DNA of 12,625 nt from an uncultured Bdellovibrio sp. (GTDB lineage Bacteria; Bdellovibrionota; Bdellovibrionia; Bdellovibrionales; Bdellovibrionaceae): contig CAWVRN010000052.1 of NCBI GenBank assembly GCA_963932905.1, positions 1 to 12,625 of the forward strand, written 5' to 3'. Below are positions 1 to 8,500 of this stretch, in pieces. Under the pieces are notes generated by a model, which saw only the letters and a list, made by a program, of their open reading frames with translations, searched no databases and was not told the origin of the DNA. Each line of letters begins with the position of its first letter. The stretch's first letter is position 1. The translations under genes were made by a program, and so were the position numbers.

Positions 1-235
1 CGGGGGAAATCGTAAACTTTGTCAGACCGACTACGAAATTTTCACCGCACTCCACACCCAAGCAAGACATCTTTCCGTGTTCTAAATATTTTATACAGTC
101 TTTTTTTTCTTTAAATTTTATATTTATCGGCTGGCATTCGTTAGTTTCTTTGTTGCAATTTCGATAGCCAAATTTGAAACCATCACAACCGGTAAAAAGA
201 GCTAGACCAAAAATCAATACAGCTAACCGTAGCAT
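1..235 (-). CDS. Cys-rich putative lipoprotein (partial, runs off the left edge)
   Basis: Manual translation from ATG at 235: MLRLAVLIFGLALFTGC-DGFKFGYRNCNKETNECQPINIKFKEKKDCIKYLEHGKMSCLGVECGENFVVGLTKFTISP..., open to the edge. Basic N-terminus, hydrophobic core, lipobox-like FTG^C (Cys17). GGAGG Shine-Dalgarno at 244..248. Not in the ORF track because the window has no stop for it. Confidence 0.8.
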   Translation of the reverse strand, partial: MLRLAVLIFGLALFTGCDGFKFGYRNCNKETNECQPINIKFKEKKDCIKYLEHGKMSCLGVECGENFVVGLTKFTISP

Positions 236-267
236 AAGTAGACCCTCCAGGGTTAAAAATAAAGTAT

Positions 268-483
268 TTAACTTCCTTTTGCAACATTCTGAAATGAGTT
301 TTCGGAGTACCATTTGTCGACCAAGCAAAAGCAATCCTCTAGTGCCTCTTTCCAGTCTTTGTTTGTGGAAAAAAGAATGACATTAGGTTTTGTATTGTGG
401 ATGGCTATCCAGCAATAGTAGTCTCCTATTCTCTTGTATCCGGTTTTAAAGTTTTTCTCTTTTATTGATTCAATCAAACTCAT
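268..483 (-). CDS. Small hypothetical protein (71 aa)
   Basis: ATG preceded by an AGAAAGGA SD-like sequence. Perfect extended -10 upstream. Co-oriented with the lipoprotein gene 32 bp downstream. No family recognised. Confidence 0.65.
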   Translation of the reverse strand: MSLIESIKEKNFKTGYKRIGDYYCWIAIHNTKPNVILFSTNKDWKEALEDCFCLVDKWYSENSFQNVAKGS

Positions 484-518
484 AAAGTATCCTTTCTGGC
501 CTTATTCGGCCTACCCCC

Positions 519-527
519 ATTATATCA
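519..527 (-). promoter_or_regulatory. Extended -10 promoter element (TGnTATAAT) for the 71-aa ORF and lipoprotein
   Basis: Minus strand reads TGATATAAT, 35 nt upstream of the ATG at 483. No convincing -35. Confidence 0.55.
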
Positions 528-621
528 TAGGGTTTGCAAAATTTGATTTCGCCCACCAATGAATAGGTATTGATTTGGGCTTCAAATTTGGATGATTTTC
601 AGATAGCCTCATTTAGGGTGT

Positions 622-852
622 TTAAAGTAACAAAAATTGGCGATAAGGGTGATCTAAAAGATATTCTTTTGATACAATAGCCATTTCTTTTTTTTCAATG
701 GAAATCAAAAGGGTCTTAAAGGTTATATTGATTAGCACGATAGTAGTTAAAAAAATAAGCGGAACGGCCAATACAATATGATTTTTTAACTTACTAAAGA
801 TAAATTCAAAATAGTTTTTATATACTAGTCGTGCCGAATACATTCTTTCCAT
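622..852 (-). pseudogene. Truncated third paralogue of the putative immunity/partner membrane protein (76 aa)
   Basis: MERMYSARLVYKNYFEFIFSKL...KTLLISIEKKE aligns with the N-termini of 1865..2467 (MEKIYSAKIVYKNY) and 939..1730 (KSILLSVEKKE). It stops shortly after the first hydrophobic segment and lacks the WLDFL/NSYKEI domain. I found no homologous continuation in the other frames. Start placed at ATG 852 by homology. Confidence 0.65.
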
Positions 853-938
853 TTTAATAAAAATCAACCTGTCGAAGCCACAATTTGTTTAGAGCTATTT
901 TAGCCGTATTGATACAATGTATACTATCAAAGCATTTC

Positions 939-1730
939 TTAAAATTTGAATTCGCCATATAGTTTTGAAATTTCCTTATAACTATTTTGAACCGTTACTT
1001 TCTTAATATTTGTTGCATTCCACAGCGAGGCAGTTACAAATACTTTTTCTTCTAACAATGGGTTTTTAGCTAGTAAAAGTTTTAAAAAATCTAGCCAATC
1101 TTGTTCATTGTTTCCGAACCAAGAAACCGTACTTTTGACCGAGGAGTCTTTAGATTTAATTAAAATGTTTGCAAATTTTGGAGAGACTAGTTGTATTGAT
1201 TCAATCTCTTCGAATGTATAGGATCTATTTTTTGGAAAAAAATCTACAATCATATCTTCTTTTACAATGAGTTTTAAGTTCCATTTGAAGTATATTGTTA
1301 GAAAAGTGAAAGCAAAAAGTGATCCTACCAAATAACAATATAATTCAAATATTCCAACTCCAACGCCAAAGACAATTGTTGCTGAATAACCACCACTAAC
1401 CGTATAAACAAAAGTTTTAAGACCCCAAAGAAAAATTGTGAAAATTGATACTGCCGAAATCATGACTAAAAAGTATCTACCACCGAAAATGCTTTCAATT
1501 GCTATAAAGAATCCTATGTATTCCATTTGGGACACTAAAAAATCTAATGGCGCAAAAACAATTTCTTTCTTCTCGACTGACAGTAGAATGGATTTGCCTA
1601 AAACATTCAAAGAAACCATAAATATAAAGAAACCAAATAGGGGTAATAGAATATTTCTTTGTAGCAACTTAGAATATATAAATTTTAAGTATCCACTATA
1701 TACCAGACTAGGCGAGTAAATTTTTTCCAT
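939..1730 (-). CDS. Putative immunity/partner membrane protein, paralogue 2 (263 aa, about 4 hydrophobic segments plus a soluble C-terminal domain)
   Basis: Start re-assigned from 1835 to ATG 1730 (MEKIYS), because 1732..1833 is an out-of-frame copy of the toxin tip. Shares MEKIYS, I.D.FP, L.SP, W.G..E..WLDFL..L.A.NP...EK and NSYKEI.K with paralogue 1. Immunity function is inferred from position only. Confidence 0.8.
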   Translation of the reverse strand: MEKIYSPSLVYSGYLKFIYSKLLQRNILLPLFGFFIFMVSLNVLGKSILLSVEKKEIVFAPLDFLVSQMEYIGFFIAIESIFGGRYFLVMISAVSIFTIFLWGLKTFVYTVSGGYSATIVFGVGVGIFELYCYLVGSLFAFTFLTIYFKWNLKLIVKEDMIVDFFPKNRSYTFEEIESIQLVSPKFANILIKSKDSSVKSTVSWFGNNEQDWLDFLKLLLAKNPLLEEKVFVTASLWNATNIKKVTVQNSYKEISKLYGEFKF

Positions 1731-1834
1731 ATTAATGCCTATATACCGGTGGCCCATCCATAGATGGTGCGCCATTTGACCAACTACCATCTGGATTTTG
1801 CCTAAAAAGATCGTTAATAAATCTTGTCGGGTCA
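1713..1834. repeat. 122-bp direct repeat, copy 2 (toxin C-terminal tip, stop, and first 6 codons of the downstream gene)
   Basis: Ungapped alignment to 2450..2571 (offset 737); 16 mismatches by manual count (about 87% identity). Confidence 0.95.
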
Positions 1835-1878
1835 ATGGACATGGGCGCTGACAATGATATCTTCTTAGGAAATGTCAT
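1732..1878 (-). CDS. Orphan toxin-tip mini-ORF (48 aa from ATG 1878, or 36 aa from ATG 1842); small protein or remnant
   Basis: MTFPKKISLSAPMSIDPTRFINDLFRQNPDGSWSNGAPSMDGPPVYRH*. The last 33 aa are 31/33 identical to the end of the giant protein. ATG 1878 overlaps the end of paralogue 1 by 14 nt; the stop is 1 nt before the ATG of paralogue 2. Confidence 0.55.
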   Translation of the reverse strand: MTFPKKISLSAPMSIDPTRFINDLFRQNPDGSWSNGAPSMDGPPVYRH

Positions 1879-2467
1879 GCATTTTTAAAATTTCTTTGTA
1901 ACTATTGATTATATTAGATTTTACTCTTTTATTGCCCTTCAAAAACGAAGTTTTGAAATAGATTTTTTCGTCGATAGATGGGTTGTTTGCTTGCAATTGC
2001 GCGAGGAAGTCTAGCCATTCCCTTTCATCTTTGCCGTGCCAATAAACCACAGTTTTAAGGTTATCCTGAGGACGTTGAAATATGAGTCCAGCCTGGTAAG
2101 GGGACTCGAGCAAAATATATTCTAACTGAGTGAGTAGTAACTCTTTTCTTCTGGGAAAATTGTCTATAATCTTATTTCCAGAAAAATAAAAATTTTGCAG
2201 CCAAAATGCGTACGAAGCTAAAATAGGAATGGCTAAGAATATTAGGGTCAATTTTATTGTTGACCCTAATATTTCCAACAGAGCCTCTTCTATAGTGCTT
2301 GCTCCTGGATTCTGAAGGAAGTAAATAGTTTTTCCGAAAGCTCCGATAAAAAACAAAACTACAAAGGTAAGGATAAACAAAAGCAAAAATTGTCTATTAA
2401 ATATTTTGGCTCCTAAGTAATCTAGATAATTCTTATACACAATTTTTGCCGAGTAAATTTTTTCCAT
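1865..2467 (-). CDS. Putative cognate immunity/partner membrane protein, paralogue 1 (200 aa, 2 hydrophobic segments plus a soluble C-terminal domain)
   Basis: ATG 2467 lies 1 nt after the toxin stop (TGA-T-ATG). Hydrophobic stretches FLLLFILTFVVLFFIGAFG and LTLIFLAIPILASYAFWL. Homologous to 939..1730. This is the usual position of an Rhs immunity gene. Confidence 0.82.
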   Translation of the reverse strand: MEKIYSAKIVYKNYLDYLGAKIFNRQFLLLFILTFVVLFFIGAFGKTIYFLQNPGASTIEEALLEILGSTIKLTLIFLAIPILASYAFWLQNFYFSGNKIIDNFPRRKELLLTQLEYILLESPYQAGLIFQRPQDNLKTVVYWHGKDEREWLDFLAQLQANNPSIDEKIYFKTSFLKGNKRVKSNIINSYKEILKMHDIS

Positions 2468-2571
2468 ATCAATGCCTATACAAAGGAGGTCCGTCCATAG
2501 AAGGAGCACCATTTGACCAACTTCCGTCTGGATTTTGCCTAAAAAAGTCGTTTATAAATCGTGTCGGGTCA
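2450..2571. repeat. 122-bp direct repeat, copy 1 (3' end of the giant gene and start of paralogue 1)
   Basis: Ungapped match to 1713..1834. Confidence 0.95.
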
Positions 2572-5500
2572 TTAGTTATGTCAATAGGAGTTATAGTTCT
2601 ATTGAACGAGTCAACAGCTTCTACCGATGCCGCTTGTCCGGCAGATGCCGAAGTTCCTCCTTGATAAAAGTTTGCTCCATAAGCACCAGCAATGCCTCCA
2701 CTTAAGGCGCCAGCTAATCCAGCGAGAAACATCGAAGTTCCACTTGCTCCCAAAGCACCATAAAAAATCATGTTTCCTAAAGCGCCGCCCACAGCACCGG
2801 CGGCTATGCCTCCGAATGTTCCTGCGGCAACAGCACTGGCCGTACCAAAGTAACTTAATGCTGCTGTCGCAATCGCGGCGCCCCCGGCCGTTGCCAAAAC
2901 GCTACCAACTCCAATTGCGGCTCCAGAGGCAAATCCAGACCAGAAACTCATGCCATTCCTAGAAGCATTGTAGCCTCCAAAAATACCACCAATTACTCCA
3001 GCGACAACGACGGCCGCAAGAAGAGGAAATTTACCGCTTGGATCATTTAACAAAACTGGTCGGTTATCGGCATAAGTGTATTTGTTAATCACACTCGCTG
3101 GATTTCTTAAGCTTCCCGGGTCAGTATCCTGCTGTAAAAATCTTCCATTGCTAGGATCGTAGTATCTTGCGCGATAATATAAAAGCCCTGTTTCAGCTTC
3201 ATATTCTCTTCCTGTGTAAGTAAAGCTAGTACGTAGGGGTGCTTGATTAAATTCCAAAACGACATCATTTGCATTTTTGATACTATTGATTTCACCATAG
3301 CTGGAATACTCGTACTTTTGAATGACGCTTCCATTTGCGTCTGCAATTTCGGTTACGGAGTTTAGATGATCTTTTAGATAGTGAAAGACACCTGGTTGGG
3401 CACTTAGTCCGGCCAAGACGCCTTGATCTGTTATTTCAGCAGCTAGAATATCGTCGGCACTAAGGGGTGAATGAGAATATTTTGCTAATAGGCCGTTATT
3501 GCCATCGTATTCCGCAATAATATTTGACCCGTTATACGCGTACTTTCTCGTATAGGTACTCGAGTTAGAAAAGTTTCTCACAGTTTTTTGCATTCGCCGT
3601 CCTAACACATCATAAGCGTAGCTGATCTCCTGGATTGTGGCAAGAGAGCCAATACTGCCACTCATAATCTGTACCTTTACCAACTGATTTAAACTTGAAT
3701 ATTGATAATGATGAGACTTCTTTAAACCGTCCCGGGAAATTTTATTAATTAGGTTGCCGTTGTTATCGTATTGATAAGTAAAAAATGAGTCTTGGTTTAA
3801 TCTTTGTCCGGTCACATCATACTCGTATGTTCTGCTGGAATCTGACAATCGATTTCTAAGGTTGTCGTAACTATAGGTCTCGGTTTGTCCTCCCGAAGCT
3901 TGAACTAGTTGACCATTAGAGTCGTAACTAAAATCAGTTACGCTGGCTAACGTGCGTTTTTGAACTGGGTAGTTTCGGGAATCGTAGCTGAATGCAGTCT
4001 CTGATAAAGAAACTCCCGAACGAGAATGTGTAATTTTATCTAACATTTGGCTCTGATAGCTATATGAAGATTTCAATACTCCTCTTGAAATTTCGACTAA
4101 TCGAGACGCACTATCGTAGCTGAATCCATAGTTTCTTGAAAATGCGTCTAAATTGGATGGCCGATTTAGCTCATCATAAGAGTAGGTCAAATTTCCAACA
4201 CTCGTCTGTTGCTCAAAAAGCAGGTCTCGCCTGTTATATTCTGAGGAAATATAGAATTCAGGATAGCTAGACAAGTCACCGCTTCCACTAATCGATTCAT
4301 ATAAATTTTGGCCCTTAAGGTTTCTAAAAAAAGAGATATTTGAATTTTTATTGCTTATCGCAACAGGCGATTCACCTGGGATATCATAGATGTATTTAAA
4401 TACATCGTCCGGCATATTTACCTGTAATAAGTCGTTTACCAAGTTATACGCCATCGTACGAACGCTTCCGTTTGGATCTTTCATATAAATTACGTTGTTG
4501 TTCCCGTCGTAATTCATTTCAGTTATAGCCCCGAAAGCATCAGTTTTTTTGACCATTTGATTTCGGCTATTATATTCGTATGTTGCCAATCTATTTTTTG
4601 GATCTAATATTGAAACCAGGTTTCCGGCGTCGTCGTATGAGTAAATAGTGACTTCATTTTTCGGTGACGTAACCTTTTTCAGTCGGTTAAAAAGATCATA
4701 CTCAAACTTACTTGCGGCTTGATTTGAACCAATATTTTCACTTTTTTCAACTACGTTGCCAGATAAGTCATATTGAAAATTAATCTCTTTATTGTCAGAG
4801 AAAATAATCTTCGTTGGCCAGCCATTCTGATTTCGAATATATGTTGTTGTCAAACCTGACGAACCTATTGAAGGATAAATAGTTTTAGTTCGCTGAAAGC
4901 CATTGCTGTCATAGGAAAATTCAACTTTGCTTCCATCTGGAGAAGTTACCTTGATAAGTTGGCCTGAGCTTGAGTATTCTTTTGTAGTTACCTGATCAGG
5001 AAGTGAGCGAACAGAATGAGTTTCAGTTAGTACTTGTCCATAGGAATTATAGCTGTATTTTTTTAGAATCGGATCGGTATCTAAATTATAATATTCGCTT
5101 ACAGTTAAAACGTCTTTTGTAATTGGATCGTATGTATATTGGGTGGAGTGACCCGTAGGACGTTGAATTCCTAGTGGCAGTCCCTCAAAATCACGATTTA
5201 TAGTTGTCTGCGCACCCATTGCATTAGAAATCATAGAAGTATAGCCATTAATATCCGGGACGAGTACGGTCGATCCGCCATTTCCATCTATAATATTTGA
5301 ATTGCTTTGGTTATTATTTATTCCCACCCCGTTTAAAAGGGCGCGATCATTTGAACCGCTTACAAGCGACTTTGAAATAGCATCAGAAGAACCCAGAACA
5401 GTATTGTCTGCGAGTTTCACTCCCAAAACGCGATTGTTTTCGGAGTACTCGACTTCAGTTTTTTGTCCTAACTGATTTTGTTCAAAAAGCATTAGACCCT

Positions 5501-8500
5501 TTTCGTCATAACCGAAGTTTTTTTCGGTACCGTCAGGTAAGTGAACTGCAACCAGTTTTGCATTCGTATAGCTAAATTGAGTTTTTTTCCCAGAACTATC
5601 AGAAATTTCAGTTAATAAATTCCCACTGTAAGAGTAGTTAATTACTTGGCCTGAAAAGAAAGTGATTTTCGAAATCCGATCGTCCGAATTATATTCAAAA
5701 TTTGTAACCCTGCCCAGGCGGTCAGTAACTGACGACTGGAAGCCAGAGTTGTTAAATTTAATTTCCGAGCCATCACGTAGCTTTCTAACCCAAGTACCGT
5801 CTAGCTTCTTGAGCAGTCGAGACTGATCCTTGTTATTGGCAATAAACGTAATCTCTTGATTTAAGTTGTCTTCCGTTAAGAGTATCTTTCTAATAGCGTT
5901 TCTGCCGGATTCTTGAACAATTAGGTTTTTATCACTATCTAAGTGAACAGCAGTTGGGCTACATAACGAAGCATTGGTTGCTGCTGCTCCGTCACCGCTC
6001 AATTGCAAAGAGCAACTTCCGTTTCCCGCAATCACGTCAGCTTGCTTATTAATTAAATCAATCCTTACTACTCTATGGTAACCGGTATCTGCTACATATA
6101 AATAGTTTTTCGATTCATCGACGGCCATTCCGTTTGGATTATTCAGCGCCATCACAAGGGCATTAGTTTGATTTGCAAAAACGCCGCCCTCTTCCACAGG
6201 TAGTCCTGCCACTTTTTCAATTTGACCATTTGTTTTAAGTTTTAAAATCAATCCTTTCTCAGTTGAAATAAATAATTCGTTTTGGGTGTTTACTAGTAGT
6301 TGCTTAGGGTGATAGATCGATACGTTAGTGCCTAAACCTGGATTCTCTGGAAAATTAAAGTTTTGTCCGTTTCCGGCAACTGTTGAAATAGTCGACGTTT
6401 GAGCATCTATTTTTCTGACGCGATTATTTCCAAAGTCTGCAATATAGATGTTATTCAGACTATCTAGTGCAATACCTTGCGGGGAGTTTAAACCAATTCC
6501 ATTGGGGCCAGAAGTAGCAAGGCCTTGAATGTCGTCACCCTCATACGTAGAAAGATAACCATCTCCCGTGCTAGTGATAAACTTTTTGGGCGGACTTGGT
6601 TTGCAAATCACTCCTGGAGGACAATCACTAGGAAGGGCTAACGTACAAGACAAGTTTGCTTGTTCTACGGCTGGTGCTCCGCAACCAACCCCAAAAACCG
6701 ATTGGCATGTTTGATTTACGCCGTCTAAATTTGCATCGATGCGCTCAATACCAAAATTCAAACTTAACACTTCCTCTATAGACGCCTTTTTTCCAGCGAT
6801 ATCTTTAGGTGCCGATCCAATCTCAATCACTCTATGCGATCTTGAATCGGAAGCGATCCATCTACCATTGGAGGCTCTTCTTAAATTAGATAATTGCGGT
6901 TGAAAAAGGTAGGAGTGTCGAGTTGTAGAAAATGATCCGGTGTAATTCGACTCGATGCAAATATAAGTGCCTTGATTTCCAAGCGATCCAGTAGCTGAGT
7001 TTATTTCAAATAAACCCAAAATAGAAGACGGCTGTGTTTGCGATAAATCAACTTCTCCTAAGTAACTTTTTCCATTTCCGGAAACGTAACTTGTAACTAT
7101 TTTAGGCCATTGAGTGAAATCTAATGCCTGATCTAATTTTATGGAAGGATTGTTTGGCTGATAAACAGTAGAAATAATATTACTCATTTCATAAGTACTT
7201 ACCGAACCATCGGCTTCTTCAATTACAATATTTCGTGCTGCTGGATTTAGAATTTGTTGATAGCCATTAATTTTCCATCCTCGACCGGATTCGGAATCAA
7301 CTTTATTTTGTACTACCACGTTTGCGGTAACATCTTTTGGAAGAAAATCATTTAACACTTGGGTTTCAAGGGTTGTTTTCGTAGTGGTAGTATTTTGTTG
7401 AATATTTCGTTGATCTACCGGAATGTAGCTGGAATCAAATCTTCCTTTGTTTGTAACACTATCTTGAACCGTTTTGATCGTAAGATTTTTTAATTGAATT
7501 TGATATCTTGCGAGTGATGGGTAGAGTCCCGATTCAAGGTATTTATTTGTGCTTGGGTCTTTTAGTTCGACAGCATAAGATACCATATTTCTCATCGGTA
7601 ACGCAGAGAATTGACTAAGATCAGAAAAATTGGCGATTTGTGAAACCAGGCCTTTACGTTCGCCATCATCAAAAATTTCCGTCGTTACTTTGGATAGATC
7701 GCTAGAAATATTTCCTGTCGCAATGTCGCTAGATTTAATCGAGCTTATGAAAAACTGCGACTTAATTCCATTTGGCACATAACTAGACAGTAGATTTACA
7801 CTTGAGTTGTAGAACGTATTTGTGTAAAAATCGGCATAACGGGAATAACAACGAAAAATATCACAAGTTTTCCCAACATACACGGAGCTATACGAACTTG
7901 TTTGTGAGGCCGAGGACTTAGAGTAAGTAATCGTCTTTTCCGGAATCTCGATATAATTAGAAACAAAAGCGGTGGGATTTGCCCAGTTAGATTTATATTT
8001 CAATTGCGGTGAAAATGACTCGTCTCCAATTTTAAACGAAGGGAGTTGCAAATTAGTTTCGTATGAATCTTTGCTGCTATCGACAGCATTTAGGTTGCTG
8101 TCAACTAACCCAGTCAGAGTCGGCATTAGAGGAACTGCATAAACGATACTAAAATGTGAGATCCCTTGATTAGGAAGGGTCTTGATTTTTTGCCCATCGC
8201 TAGAAACTTTGGCAATGCCATCAATTTCCCAAGCACCTTTAGCAGAATTCATACTAAAGATTACCATATCCGTATTCGGCTTTAGTTCGTATGAGTTTGG
8301 CAGCGTTAACTCCACACGCTGATTAAATTTCAAACCCGACGGCTCCAAAGAAATCACTGCATTTGGAACAGCGCTGGCCGGAACTGGCACTGTGACTTTA
8401 TCCGAAGGAATGGTCATAATATTTATACTGCCTTGACTAGAACCAGATGGGAATACACTCGCGTTAGAGGGAACAGCTAGTGTTACCCCAGGAGCATGGG

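Noticed and set aside
174..380. 68-aa plus-strand ORF
   Set aside because: TTG start and antisense to two minus-strand genes with good SDs; shadow ORF.
520..612. 30-aa minus-strand ORF (MRLSENHP...) as a continuation of paralogue 3
   Set aside because: No similarity to paralogues 1 or 2, no SD, and it overlaps the extended -10 element.
1438..1719. 93-aa plus-strand ORF
   Set aside because: Antisense shadow of the hydrophobic coding region of paralogue 2.
1731..1835. 35-aa N-terminal extension of the 298-aa ORF (also the 15-aa extension 2468..2512 of the 215-aa ORF)
   Set aside because: Out-of-frame readings of the toxin tip. The substitutions are synonymous in the toxin frame, and both paralogues begin at MEKIYS.
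1713..2571. Repeat pair as the template/variable repeats of a diversity-generating retroelement, or as a CRISPR array
   Set aside because: Mismatches are mostly third-position synonymous changes involving all bases rather than adenine-specific. There are only two copies and no reverse transcriptase or cas gene in the window.
2446..2962. Plus-strand ORFs 2446..2664 and 2627..2962
   Set aside because: Antisense to the Gly/Ala-rich toxin tip, whose codons leave few stops on the opposite strand.
3107..3346. 79-aa minus-strand ORF in an alternative frame
   Set aside because: Nested inside the conserved Rhs core with no independent support.
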